A DNA stretch of 63,249 nt, filler included, from Deltaproteobacteria bacterium (GTDB lineage: Bacteria; JACQOV01), in assembly GCA_016202395.1 (NCBI GenBank). It is 3 parts of 3 records of this genome, joined end to end, with 100 filler letters (N's around TTAATTAATTAA, not from the genome) between each part and the next. Parts side by side here need not be neighbours in the genome. Positions count along the whole stretch, not along the records: positions 19,794 to 44,736 come from JACQOV010000057.1; 2 more parts are not named here. One strand, given 5' to 3'. Shown piece by piece: positions 20,944 to 30,781 of the stretch. The stretch's first letter is position 1. Each line of letters opens with the position of its first letter. The translations under genes were made by a program, and so were the position numbers. The notes under the pieces are model-generated. The model did no database searches, was not told the DNA's origin, and saw only the letters and a list, made by a program, of their open reading frames with translations.

Positions 20944-22278
20944 TCAAATGCGGAGATCATCCGGTAGAGTCTCCTGCTGGTCTTTCTGATAATATTTGGA
21001 CCAGGCGTTATTAAGGGAAAAGACGGCCTGTTTCCCAACGATCTTTGCGGCCCAAAGCGGGATGAGGAATCCTCGGTCGATGCTGAAATACCGATAATAA
21101 TCCATATCGTCGCAGTTCTCATGGCCGGTAACATGGATTGCCGCAAAATTTCCGCAGAATGTGGCCCACGGAAGGCCGACGCACCCAAGCACATAATGGA
21201 CCCATGGAGATTTTTCGTCGCGAAGAACAGTCGGGAGAAGGTCGCGGGTCGTGTCGATCCTCCCCGGCCAGTACTGAATGAATTCCACATGCTCCAGAAA
21301 TGGAAATTTTCTCTTAAACCGTTTGATGACACCGTTGATGACACGGGGTGTGGTCACATCTTTTTTCGAGAACGTCGTCAGAGCGCTCCCTCCCCCGACC
21401 AGGAGCCTGCCATCGCCGGTGAGTCGGTAATAGGTATAAACCAAATCGGAATCCCAACACTGGAACGGCTCTTCAGGAAAGAAAGAGGCTATGTCCTTGT
21501 CCTCAAGAGGCTCACTAATGGCGAGAAAGGTCTGGGCGTGGTACGTATTCAAGCAATAGCGGGTGACGGAACACTTGAGCTTATCGGAACAGAAGATGAT
21601 TTCGTCCGCGGTGACGGAGCCCAAATGAGTAAACGCCGTGTGATCCTTAATTCCTGTGACCTCAGAGGCCTCGTGGATCTCGACCCCCTGGTCGATCAGG
21701 ACGCGCTTAACCCCTTGGGCATACAAGAGGGGATTGATGGCATAAGTGCCGGGATACCGAACACCGCCGGCATAGTTTATGGAACCCAGGACCGTCGGTA
21801 ACTTCCTGCTGTCATAGAGGGCATAAGGAAATCCAAGGAGTTTCCGCGCCTCGGCCTCCTCCTGGACATCCTTCCAACCCGATCGATTATTTCCCAAAAA
21901 GAGACTGTCTTGCTTCCGGAGATCGCAACTAATTCCATATTTTCGAATCGTGGAAACCATGGCCTCAATCCCCTGGGTAGGGGCTTCCCACAACGCCTTG
22001 GCCCCTTCGACACCAAATCGACGCATGAGCTGCAGGAGTTCTAATTCACTGTCCTGAGTGAGAAAACCGGCGCTCTTGCCGGTCGAACTACCGCCAACGA
22101 TATTTCTTTCCAAGAGGACAACCCTTCGTCCTTTTTCACGCAAAGCCATCGCCGCGGCGAGACCGGCCGCGCCGCCTCCGACGACTAACACGTCGGTTTT
22201 GATGTCCCCCTTAAGAGGAGGTTGGATCGGGTCTTTGATTCCCATCAGTGTTGTATACCACCAGTTTTGAAGAATCAT
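20944..22278 (-). CDS. FAD-dependent oxidoreductase (DAO/PuuB-like)
   Basis: DVLVVGGGAAG, GGSSTGKSAG, YYRLT.DGRLLVGG. Confidence 0.88.
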   Translation of the reverse strand: MILQNWWYTTLMGIKDPIQPPLKGDIKTDVLVVGGGAAGLAAAMALREKGRRVVLLERNIVGGSSTGKSAGFLTQDSELELLQLMRRFGVEGAKALWEAPTQGIEAMVSTIRKYGISCDLRKQDSLFLGNNRSGWKDVQEEAEARKLLGFPYALYDSRKLPTVLGSINYAGGVRYPGTYAINPLLYAQGVKRVLIDQGVEIHEASEVTGIKDHTAFTHLGSVTADEIIFCSDKLKCSVTRYCLNTYHAQTFLAISEPLEDKDIASFFPEEPFQCWDSDLVYTYYRLTGDGRLLVGGGSALTTFSKKDVTTPRVINGVIKRFKRKFPFLEHVEFIQYWPGRIDTTRDLLPTVLRDEKSPWVHYVLGCVGLPWATFCGNFAAIHVTGHENCDDMDYYRYFSIDRGFLIPLWAAKIVGKQAVFSLNNAWSKYYQKDQQETLPDDLRI

Positions 22279-22556
22279 GAAACCCTCTGATGAATTAAAA
22301 ACTCAAACAACCTTTGCTTAAATTCCAGATCGAGCGATGGTTTCTTGAAAGTTTTTCCAAATGCGGCCGTCTTGCGATAGGCCGTGATGAACCGTTGACA
22401 ATTCTTGCACGCCTTGAGGTGCCGCTCTACCGCCTTCATGGTGTATGGGTCCAGTTGCCCTTCCAGGAAGTCGTAGGCGAACTGTTCCACCTCCTCACAA
22501 GTCGGTAGCCCCATGAGGCCAAACATCATTCGGATCATTTTATGTTTAACGGACAT
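22275..22556 (-). CDS. zinc-binding anti-sigma factor (zf-HC2)
   Basis: HLKACKNC (HxxxCxxC) plus upstream Cys; overlaps the sigma gene. Confidence 0.88.
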   Translation of the reverse strand: MSVKHKMIRMMFGLMGLPTCEEVEQFAYDFLEGQLDPYTMKAVERHLKACKNCQRFITAYRKTAAFGKTFKKPSLDLEFKQRLFEFLIHQRVS

Positions 22557-23169
22557 ACTGCGCCTCAATCCTCTTTCTCAAAAACAGTCGGGCGCGGTGA
22601 ACCCGATTCTTCATCGCCGGTTTTGTCAATTCCAAAACCTTGCAGACCTCCTCTTCGGGAAGTTGCTCGACATCCCTCAAGAGATAGGCGGTCTTGAGGT
22701 CGTCTGGCAAAAGCCCGATGGACTCTTGGACAAATTGCTGAAATTCCTTTTCCGCAAACTTTTCATCTGGGAGTTTTGCCCAGTCGGAAAATTCCTGTAG
22801 ATGGATGCCGTTTTCATATTGAGGCAAACCCTCCTCCCAAGAAACCAGGACCTTGCCCTTATCGGGCCTAAGTCTCATCAACGACTCATTGATCGTGATC
22901 CGGTACAACCACGTATATAAGGACGAGCCCCCTTTAAAGGTGTCGATCTTTTCCACCACTTTGAGCAACACCTCTTGAACAATCTCCTCGGCCTCTTCCT
23001 GTCGCTTCAAGAACCGCAGTGAAAGCCGGTACAGTTTATCGGACCACCGTGAAATCAACTCCCTGTAAGCCCAGTCGGCCTTCTCGCGAAGGCCACTAAT
23101 CAGGTCATTTTCACTAGTATTAGATGCGGCAACGGGGGAAACATCTTGGGATTTTGGATAACCTTCCAC
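22546..23169 (-). CDS. ECF sigma-70 factor
   Basis: AEEIVQEV, SSLYTWLYRI, region 4 KNRVHRAR. Confidence 0.93.
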   Translation of the reverse strand: MEGYPKSQDVSPVAASNTSENDLISGLREKADWAYRELISRWSDKLYRLSLRFLKRQEEAEEIVQEVLLKVVEKIDTFKGGSSLYTWLYRITINESLMRLRPDKGKVLVSWEEGLPQYENGIHLQEFSDWAKLPDEKFAEKEFQQFVQESIGLLPDDLKTAYLLRDVEQLPEEEVCKVLELTKPAMKNRVHRARLFLRKRIEAQYVR

Positions 23170-23280
23170 GAGGGCCCTGAATTTAACATAATCTCTAAGG
23201 GATTGGAAGACAAAGCGCCCAGAGACTTTTTTGTTTGGCCTGCATCCAAACTGATAGAAACCAAAAAGGAGGAAATAATT

Positions 23281-23709
23281 ATGAAGATCAATATCAAGAA
23301 AGGGATTCTGGCGGGTATCCTGGGGACGGTAGCAATGACCATCGTTGCCACCTTTGGAGCCCCGATGATGGGGTTACCCAAGATGGATATCCCAGGAATG
23401 TTAGCGGGTGTGATGGGGGGATCGGTGACGCTCGGATGGGTCGCTCATTTCATGATCGGGACGATCCTTGCGATCGGTTACGCCTTCGTGGGTGATCGTT
23501 TGCCAGGGCCCTCCGTCATCCGTGGGGCACTTTATGGAGTTGCCCCTTGGCTCATGGCTCAAATCGTTGTAATGCCAATGATGGGAATGGGATTCTTTTC
23601 GGGGGCCCTCGCTCCAGCCTTTGGGAGTCTGATGGGACACCTGGTCTATGGAGCGGTGGTGGGGCTTGTTTATTCAAGCGCCGCAACCTGCCAGACCTGT
23701 ACTGCCTAA
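23281..23709 (+). CDS. four-TM membrane protein (DUF2938/DUF6789-like) with C-terminal CxxC
   Basis: SD GGAGG; GWVAHFMIG and GHLVYG His motifs; ends CQTCTA. Confidence 0.75.
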   Translation: MKINIKKGILAGILGTVAMTIVATFGAPMMGLPKMDIPGMLAGVMGGSVTLGWVAHFMIGTILAIGYAFVGDRLPGPSVIRGALYGVAPWLMAQIVVMPMMGMGFFSGALAPAFGSLMGHLVYGAVVGLVYSSAATCQTCTA

Positions 23710-23728
23710 ATAGAAAGGAACCCAGTTC

Positions 23729-24850
23729 ATGAGTCTCCTGATCGGACTCTTGTGCGGATTATTTTTGGCCTTTGCCAACGGAGCGAATGACAACTTCAAG
23801 GGAGTGGCTACCTTATTCGGGAGCGGGACGACCGACTACCGAAAGGCCCTCCTTTGGGCGACCGCTACTACTGCCCTGGGTTCCTTGGTGGCATTGATCT
23901 GGGCAAAGGGACTTCTTGCTACTTTCAGCGGCAAGGGATTGGTGCCAGATGCCGTCCTCTCCATCAAGAGTTTTCCGTTGGCGGTCGCCTTGGCGGCAGG
24001 CTCAACGGTCTGGCTTGCCACCCGTTTTGGATTTCCGATTTCCACCACTCATGCCCTGATGGGAGGACTCGTTGGCGTGGGTCTTCTTTCTTCTCCGACA
24101 GGGATTAATTTTCGTCATTTATTGGAAAGTTTTGCCCTTCCCTTATTATTGGGTCCCGCAATTGCCGTTCTTGGAACAGCGGTTCTCTATCCCATTCTTC
24201 ACCAATTGAAGGGATACTGGGGAATCACTGAAGAAACCTGTCTTTGTATCGGAAGCGAGATCGTGGCGGTAGTCCCCACGGGCGTCCCTGCAAATGCAAC
24301 GGCCGCCTCAATGACAATCCCAATCCTCACTTCCGGAACACATGCAGAGTGCATCGAGCGATACAAGGGGCGATTGCTGGGAATGGATGCCGCGAGGCTC
24401 CTGGACGGAATCCATTATCTCTCTGCGGGGATTGTGAGCTTCGCCCGTGGCCTTAACGATACCCCGAAAATTGCGGCGCTGTTATTGGCGGGAAATCTGT
24501 TTGATCCAGATCTTTCCATAATCAGCATCGGGATCGCGATGGGAGTCGGAGGTCTTTTGAGCGCGAGGAAGATTGCTCAAACGATGTCGTTGCGCGTGAC
24601 CGAGATGAATCCGGGTCAGGGCCTGACCGCAAATCTTATGACAGGGATATTGGTCATTGCGGGTTCGGGCGCCGGGTTGCCTCTCTCCACAACGCACGTC
24701 TCCTGCGGTTCGCTCTTTGGGATCGGCGCCATCACCCAACGGATCCAATGGAAAACCCTCACTTCGATTCTCCTCTCATGGGTTATCACGTTACCGATGG
24801 CGGCGGTGTTAGGGTATCTGATCTTTTTTGCTTTAAGGGGATTGGTATGA
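23729..24850 (+). CDS. PiT-family inorganic phosphate/anion transporter
   Basis: ANGANDN, PISTTH, GLNDTPK, PLSTTH. Confidence 0.9.
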   Translation: MSLLIGLLCGLFLAFANGANDNFKGVATLFGSGTTDYRKALLWATATTALGSLVALIWAKGLLATFSGKGLVPDAVLSIKSFPLAVALAAGSTVWLATRFGFPISTTHALMGGLVGVGLLSSPTGINFRHLLESFALPLLLGPAIAVLGTAVLYPILHQLKGYWGITEETCLCIGSEIVAVVPTGVPANATAASMTIPILTSGTHAECIERYKGRLLGMDAARLLDGIHYLSAGIVSFARGLNDTPKIAALLLAGNLFDPDLSIISIGIAMGVGGLLSARKIAQTMSLRVTEMNPGQGLTANLMTGILVIAGSGAGLPLSTTHVSCGSLFGIGAITQRIQWKTLTSILLSWVITLPMAAVLGYLIFFALRGLV

Positions 24851-24885
24851 GCAAAAAATATCGCCTCATCGTCATCGGCGCCGAA
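24847..24885 (+). pseudogene. 5' remnant of an FAD-dependent oxidoreductase
   Basis: ATGA-coupled start gives MSKKYRLIVIGA, a Rossmann beta1 strand lacking the rest of GxGxxG, then runs antisense into the gatB 3' end. Confidence 0.5.
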
Positions 24886-24917
24886 CTGACACAAGTCTTC
24901 GTGAAACCCTGTAAAGC

Positions 24918-26393
24918 TCAGGATGACAGTTTGGTTTTAAGCAGCGTGTTGAGCTTTTGGGGGTTGGCTTGGCCACGGGTGGCTTTCATGACCTCTCCCA
25001 CAAAAAAGCCGAAGAGTTTTTCTTTGCCCGCTTTGTAGTCCTGGACTTTATCAGGGTGCTTGGCAAGAACTTGATCGATCACTTGAGCAATGGCCGACTC
25101 ATCGGTGACCTGTTTCAATCCCTTTTTCTCGACAATGGAAACGGCAGAGGCTCCGGTTTGATACACCTCTTTGAAAATCTCCTTGGCCATTTTTCCGCTG
25201 AGAGCGCCATCCCCGATCATCCGAAGCATCTCCGCCAGAAGTTGCGGCGTCACGCGAGATTGCTCAATCCCCCTCCCTTCTTCATGGAGATAACGAAGCA
25301 GTTCGCTCAAAATCCAATTGCTGGCCATCTTCGGTTTATTATAGATCGCGATGGTCTTCTCAAAAAAATCGGCGATCGACTTTGAAGAAACTAAAACAGA
25401 AGCGTCGTAATGAGACAACTCCAACGCCTCGACAAATCGCCTCCGTTTGGCGTCGGGAAGCTCCGGCAATCCTCCTTGGACCTTTTCAATCCAGGCCGCA
25501 TCCACCATCACAGGGATAAGATCGGGCTCGGGAAAGTAACGATAATCGTGAGCCTCTTCTTTGCTCCGCATCGAAAAAGTCTTCTGCGGATCGGCATCCC
25601 AGAGTCGAGTCTCTTGAACGATTCGCTCCCCCGCCGCGATCGCTTGAATCTGCCGATCGATTTCGTATTGGATCGCGGCCTCTACCGATTTAAACGAATT
25701 CATATTTTTAACTTCCACTTTGGTCCCATATTTCTCGCTCCCCTCGGGGCGAACCGACACGTTGGCATCGCAGCGCAAACTCCCCTCTTCCATATTCCCA
25801 TCGCAGACATCCAAATACTGCACCACGGAGCGAAGCAACCGCAAATAGGACCCCGCTTCTTCGGGGCTTCGAAGGTCCGGTTCACTCACAATCTCAATTA
25901 AAGGAACTCCCGCGCGATTGTAATCGACAAAGCTCGAACCCTCGGATCCAGGGATCCCTTCATGGATGAGCTTGCCCGCATCCTCTTCCATGTGGATTCG
26001 GACTAGACGGATTCGTCGAGTAGCCCCCTCACCCTGTCCCTCTCCCCGAGGGGGAGAGGGAACTTTAGTTTCGATGTCTAGATATCCTCCAACTGCCAGA
26101 GGTCTGTCGTATTGGGAGATTTGATAGCCTTTAGGAAGATCGGGATAAAAATAATTTTTCCGAGCAAAAACGGAATCTTTAGAAATCTCGCCATGAAAAG
26201 CGAGCGCCGTCCGAATGGCAAATTCGACCATCCGCCGATTCAGAACCGGTAACGTTCCTGGCAATCCTAAACAGACGGGACAAATCTGGGTGTTGGGCTG
26301 CGCCCCAAAACGGGTGGGACAACTGCAAAAAGCCTTCGTCTCTGTTTTGAGTTGCGCGTGAACCTCTAGACCTATGACCGGCTCGTAATTCAT
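24918..26393 (-). CDS. gatB: Asp/Glu-tRNA amidotransferase subunit B
   Basis: IGLEVHAQL, RKNYFYPDLPKGYQISQ, HMEEDAGK, YRYFPEPDL. Confidence 0.99.
   Translation of the reverse strand: MNYEPVIGLEVHAQLKTETKAFCSCPTRFGAQPNTQICPVCLGLPGTLPVLNRRMVEFAIRTALAFHGEISKDSVFARKNYFYPDLPKGYQISQYDRPLAVGGYLDIETKVPSPPRGEGQGEGATRRIRLVRIHMEEDAGKLIHEGIPGSEGSSFVDYNRAGVPLIEIVSEPDLRSPEEAGSYLRLLRSVVQYLDVCDGNMEEGSLRCDANVSVRPEGSEKYGTKVEVKNMNSFKSVEAAIQYEIDRQIQAIAAGERIVQETRLWDADPQKTFSMRSKEEAHDYRYFPEPDLIPVMVDAAWIEKVQGGLPELPDAKRRRFVEALELSHYDASVLVSSKSIADFFEKTIAIYNKPKMASNWILSELLRYLHEEGRGIEQSRVTPQLLAEMLRMIGDGALSGKMAKEIFKEVYQTGASAVSIVEKKGLKQVTDESAIAQVIDQVLAKHPDKVQDYKAGKEKLFGFFVGEVMKATRGQANPQKLNTLLKTKLSS
26024..26061. repeat. palindromic element in frame inside gatB (CTCTCCCC/GGGGAGAG family)
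   Basis: ccccctcaccctg-tccctctcccc-gag-ggggagaggga; encodes PSPPRGEGQGEG. Confidence 0.88.
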
Positions 26394-26399
26394 AATTTT

Positions 26400-27869
26400 T
26401 CAGGATGACAGTATTTCGGGGCGTTTCTTATGCCAATCGGTGACCTGTTCAAAGGCGTGGGCCACTTGAAACAGGCGTTCCTCGTCAAAAGGCCGACCCA
26501 ACAGTTGCAATCCCAATGGCAACCCTTGGGTATTAAAACCGCAAGGGACCGAGATCCCGGGCAGCCCTGCTAAATTGCACGAAATCGTAAAAATGTCTGA
26601 AAGGTACATCTGGATCGGGTCCGAGGCCTTTTCTCCAATCCCAAAAGCGGGCGTTGGAGAGGTCGGGGTCACGATCAGATCACATTTCTCAAAAGCCCGA
26701 TCGAAATCGCGACGAATCAAGGTGCGCACCTGTTGCGCTTTTCGATAGTAGGCATCGTAATAACCGGAGCTCAACGCATACGTCCCAATCATGATTCTGC
26801 GTTTCACCTCCTCTCCAAAGCCAAGGGAGCGAGTTTTACGATACATCTCCAACAAATTCTTGGCCCCCGAAGAGCGAAACCCGTACTCCACCCCATCGTA
26901 ACGAGCCAGGTTCGAGCTGGCCTCGGACGGAGCAATGATGTAGTAAACGGCTGTGGCGTAGCTCGTGTGAGGCAGGCTCACCTCGATAATCTCCGCACCC
27001 AGTTCTTTCAACGTTTGAATGGCTTTTCGCACCGCCTTCTCTACCTCGGGATTGATCCCTTCCACAAAGTACTCTTGAGGAACCCCCACACGAAGCGACT
27101 TCACCCCTTTTTGGATATGCTCCAAATAATTCGGAACCGGCATGGGAACCGAGGTAGAATCTTTGGGATCGTGCCCCACCATCACCTGCAACATCAAAGC
27201 GCAGTCTTGAACCTCTCGGCCCAGCGGCCCTCCTTGATCGAGAGAAGAGGCAAACGCGATCATTCCGTAACGGCTCACCCGCCCATAAGTGGGTTTGATC
27301 CCCACAATTCCGCATAAAGAGGCCGGTTGGCGAATCGAGCCCCCGGTGTCGGTTCCTAAAGCTCCAAAACATTGCCCCGCAGCCACAGCCGCAGCAGAAC
27401 CCCCACTGGATCCTCCCGGAATCTTCTCCAAATCCCACGGATTGTGAACAATTCCGTAGTGTGAGGTTTCGTTGGAAGAGCCCATCGCAAACTCATCCAT
27501 ATTCGTTTTCCCAAGAGTGACGCTCCCGGCTTCTTTCAGACGGGCTACCACGGTGGCGTCATACGGAGGTTTAAAATTCTCTAAAATCTTGGAACCACAG
27601 GTTGTAAGAACCCCTCGGGTGCAAAAGATATCCTTGACCGCGATAGGGACACCGGTCAGCGGCGTGACACGATCCCCCTTTTGAAGTCGAAGGTCCGCCG
27701 CTCTAGCCTCTTCCATGGCGGATTCCCGCGTCAAAGTGATGTAGGCATGGATTTTAGACTCGACTTTCTCAATCCGATCTAGAATTGCTTGAGTCAGTTC
27801 CACGGAACTCACTTCCCGTTTTTGAAGCAACTCGGAGGCTTGATTTAGAGAGAGTTCATGAAGTGTCAT
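26400..27869 (-). CDS. gatA: Asp/Glu-tRNA amidotransferase subunit A
   Basis: [41 protein letters not shown]. Confidence 0.99.
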   Translation of the reverse strand: MTLHELSLNQASELLQKREVSSVELTQAILDRIEKVESKIHAYITLTRESAMEEARAADLRLQKGDRVTPLTGVPIAVKDIFCTRGVLTTCGSKILENFKPPYDATVVARLKEAGSVTLGKTNMDEFAMGSSNETSHYGIVHNPWDLEKIPGGSSGGSAAAVAAGQCFGALGTDTGGSIRQPASLCGIVGIKPTYGRVSRYGMIAFASSLDQGGPLGREVQDCALMLQVMVGHDPKDSTSVPMPVPNYLEHIQKGVKSLRVGVPQEYFVEGINPEVEKAVRKAIQTLKELGAEIIEVSLPHTSYATAVYYIIAPSEASSNLARYDGVEYGFRSSGAKNLLEMYRKTRSLGFGEEVKRRIMIGTYALSSGYYDAYYRKAQQVRTLIRRDFDRAFEKCDLIVTPTSPTPAFGIGEKASDPIQMYLSDIFTISCNLAGLPGISVPCGFNTQGLPLGLQLLGRPFDEERLFQVAHAFEQVTDWHKKRPEILSS

Positions 27870-27874
27870 GGGAG

Positions 27875-28159
27875 TTACTCAATCACCTTGGGGACGCGGA
27901 AAAAGTTCTGAACCGCATCCGGAGCCACGTTCATCACCTCTTGGGGATTCAAACAGGGCCCTGTTTTGTCTTCTCGATAAGGAGTTTTTAAAGGAACCGC
28001 GTGAGAAGTCGGCTCTACCCCTTGTGTCTCCACCGTTTGGAGTTTTCCCACAAACTCAACCATCCGGTTAAACTGCTCCGTGAAGCGCCCCATTTCGGAG
28101 TCGCTAAACTCCAAACGAGCCAACATCGCAATCTGCTCAATCTCTTTTCTTGTAATCAT
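27875..28159 (-). CDS. gatC: Asp/Glu-tRNA amidotransferase subunit C
   Basis: [22 protein letters not shown]; start ATG 28159. Confidence 0.95.
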   Translation of the reverse strand: MITRKEIEQIAMLARLEFSDSEMGRFTEQFNRMVEFVGKLQTVETQGVEPTSHAVPLKTPYREDKTGPCLNPQEVMNVAPDAVQNFFRVPKVIE

Positions 28160-28182
28160 AAAAGGAAAACCCAACGTCTCTC

Positions 28183-28306
28183 GTCATCCCCGCGAAAGCG
28201 GGGATCCAGTTCTTCTTGATTACTGGATTCCCACTTTCGTGGGAATGACGTTGATTCCACCCGCTTTCGCGGGGATGACCTGGATTCCCGTTTACACGGG
28301 AATGAC
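28183..28306. repeat. cluster of four GTCATyCCCG...GGGrATCCAG REP-like units
   Basis: units at about 28183-28210 (forward) and 28222-28250, 28253-28279, 28280-28306 (reverse). Confidence 0.9.
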
Positions 28307-28317
28307 AGCAAAAGTGT

Positions 28318-28629
28318 CTACTTACCTCCAAAACTCGAAACAATATCCTTTATAAAATTGCGCCCCGATCCTGCAAGCATCTCCAGCTCTCCTTCGTCGA
28401 GCCAAACGCCTTGGCAACTTTGGCACGTGTCGACTTTGACAGTTCGGAACAAAACTTCTTTGAGATCTCCTCCACACTTTGGGCACTTCATCCAATGAAG
28501 ATTTTTTCCTTGTTCCTTGGCTTGTTGAGTTCGCTGGTGATCGAGCCTGGCTCTTAAAATCTGAAGTTTCTCATCCTCTTCTTTTGTGAAATATTCCTCT
28601 TCTGCGGAACTCGGTTTTTGCGTTGCCAT
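28318..28629 (-). CDS. zf-TFIIB-like zinc-ribbon protein
   Basis: EEEYF, CPKCG, CQSCQGVWLDEGEL. Confidence 0.85.
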   Translation of the reverse strand: MATQKPSSAEEEYFTKEEDEKLQILRARLDHQRTQQAKEQGKNLHWMKCPKCGGDLKEVLFRTVKVDTCQSCQGVWLDEGELEMLAGSGRNFIKDIVSSFGGK

Positions 28630-28640
28630 AGCGTCTCCTC

Positions 28641-30767
28641 TCAAGCTCTTTGGAGCTGTGCGTATCGGACTAAAAACTTTTTCATCCCTGTCTGCGGGAA
28701 ATGGATCGAAACCTTCAACGATTCACTCTTCCCTTCGGTTCCCCGAATCACCCCCACTCCATACAACGGATGACGAACCCTCACGCCAATTTCCCAATCA
28801 CAGGCCTCACCGTCCGAAACAATCTCCCTTTTTGGCTCCTCAAAAACTGCCGGAGCCAATCCCCCTTTCCTCGTAAACTCACCCGGAATCTCCGCAAGGA
28901 AACGGGATCTTCGAGCCGGACGTTCTTGCCCATAGATGCGACGCCATAAACAATGGCTCAAAGCAAGGCGTTCTCTAGCCCGTGTCATCCCAACATAGCA
29001 AAGTCGACGCTCTTCTTCCAGCTCCTCCCAATCATCGAGGGAATGAACGTGAGGAAAAAGCCCCTCTTCCATCCCAACCATGAAGACCACATCAAACTCG
29101 AGCCCCTTGGCAATGTGGAGCGTCATCATCCACACCCCCCTCTCTTCTCGATTCCGATCTTGAGAGGTGGTGAGCGCTAACTGCTGCAGAAAATCGGCGA
29201 TAGAGGCCGACTGCGTCTCCTCTTGAAACTCTTGCACCGCGTTCAAAAACTCTTGTAGGTTTTCAACTCGGGCCATCGATTCCTCGGTGTTAGCCTCCTC
29301 CAGCATCTTGAGATAACCGCTCTCGAGAAGAACTTTATTCACTAATTCATAAGGGGAGATCGCGGAGAGACTGCTGCGCCATTCCTCCCCCATTTTCAAA
29401 AATGCCGCAACAGAGGTGGCCGCTTTGTTGGAAAGGAGTCCATTCGAAAGGGCCAGGGGCAACGCCGAATGAAGGGAGGTCCCTTTCTCGGCCGCAAGCC
29501 CCTCCAAGATAGCAAGTCCCCCCTTCCCCAAACCTCGAGCGGGAACATTAATGATCCTTCGCAAACTCAAAGAATCTTCAGGATTCACGATCCAACAGAG
29601 ATAGGCCATGATATCTTTAACCTCAGCCCTTTCATAAAACTCCATCCCTCCTAAAAGGGTGTAAGGGATCCTCTGACGACGCAATTCCTCCTCAAAGAGA
29701 CGAGATTGAGCGTTGGTGCGATAAAAAATAGCGATATCAGAGTAACTCTGTCCTTGGTTCTGGCGCCCATCGGTGATCCGATCCGCAACCCACCGAGCTT
29801 CCATCCGGTCCTCGCGAAAAGAGAAGATCTCCACAGGAGATCCAACCCCTTTGCTTGTCCAAAGTGTTTTTCCCTTCCGGCTGGTGTTTTTTGCAATCAA
29901 GCCATTCGCGGCTCCTAGAATGTTTTGGGTCGACCGATAATTCTGCTCTAAGCGGATAAGATGGGCCCCTTCAAAATCCTCTTCGAAACGGAGGATGTTG
30001 GAGACGTCCGCCCCACGCCATCGATAGATCGACTGATCATCATCCCCTACCACGCAGAGATTTCGATGAGAATCGGCAAACTGTCTTAAAAGGAGATACT
30101 GAGCGGGGTTGGTGTCCTGAAATTCATCGACAAGAATATATTGGAAACGCTGCTGGTACTGTTGCAGCACCTCTGGATTTTCTTTAAAGAGCCGCACCAC
30201 GCCCACAATCAAATCGCCAAAATCGAAGGCGTTGTTTAAAAGGAGTTGCTCCTCGTAGCGCTGGAGAATTTTTTGAACCTCTTGACTTCGCGCGTCCCAA
30301 CTCCCGCCGCCGAGATCCTTCAACCGATTCTTGGAATACTCCACGCGAGCCCTCAGATTCGGAAGTGGAAAATCAGAGGTATCGTACCCGCACCCTTCCA
30401 CACACCGCGTGAGGAGCCTGTTTTGATCCGCTTCATCATAGATAGAAAAGGCAGGGGTTCTCCCCAAAAGCTTCGCATGGCTCCGTAAAATTTTAGCCCC
30501 CGCCGAATGAAAAGTGGAAACCCACACTTCTTGGCCTCGATACCCCACCAGATCGGAAACTCTCCGTTTCATCTCCCCCGCCGCTTTATTGGTAAAAGTG
30601 ACAGCCAAAATAGAACCGGGAGAGGCCCCTTTTTCTTGGATGAGACAAGCCATGCGATGGGTAATCACCCGAGTTTTCCCACTCCCGGCTCCCGCTAAAA
30701 CAAGGAGCGGCCCCTCAGTGCGCTGCACGGCCTCTAACTGCTCCGGGTTTAAATTCTGAGTCCACAT
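28641..30767 (-). CDS. pcrA: UvrD/PcrA SF1 DNA helicase
   Basis: AGAGSGKT, TFTNKAA, VDEFQDTN, GDDDQSIY, KGLEF, EERRLCYVGMTRA. Confidence 0.96.
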   Translation of the reverse strand: MWTQNLNPEQLEAVQRTEGPLLVLAGAGSGKTRVITHRMACLIQEKGASPGSILAVTFTNKAAGEMKRRVSDLVGYRGQEVWVSTFHSAGAKILRSHAKLLGRTPAFSIYDEADQNRLLTRCVEGCGYDTSDFPLPNLRARVEYSKNRLKDLGGGSWDARSQEVQKILQRYEEQLLLNNAFDFGDLIVGVVRLFKENPEVLQQYQQRFQYILVDEFQDTNPAQYLLLRQFADSHRNLCVVGDDDQSIYRWRGADVSNILRFEEDFEGAHLIRLEQNYRSTQNILGAANGLIAKNTSRKGKTLWTSKGVGSPVEIFSFREDRMEARWVADRITDGRQNQGQSYSDIAIFYRTNAQSRLFEEELRRQRIPYTLLGGMEFYERAEVKDIMAYLCWIVNPEDSLSLRRIINVPARGLGKGGLAILEGLAAEKGTSLHSALPLALSNGLLSNKAATSVAAFLKMGEEWRSSLSAISPYELVNKVLLESGYLKMLEEANTEESMARVENLQEFLNAVQEFQEETQSASIADFLQQLALTTSQDRNREERGVWMMTLHIAKGLEFDVVFMVGMEEGLFPHVHSLDDWEELEEERRLCYVGMTRARERLALSHCLWRRIYGQERPARRSRFLAEIPGEFTRKGGLAPAVFEEPKREIVSDGEACDWEIGVRVRHPLYGVGVIRGTEGKSESLKVSIHFPQTGMKKFLVRYAQLQRA

Positions 30768-30781
30768 GGATTGCGCTTATC

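Noticed and set aside
21121-21801. Long antisense or alternate-frame ORFs (also 26733-27317, 26836-27438, 55145-55756, 11457-12047)
   Set aside because: They overlap well-supported genes and show no recognisable motifs.
28183-28306. Possible CRISPR array
   Set aside because: Units are mixed in orientation, lack regular unique spacers, and no cas genes are present.
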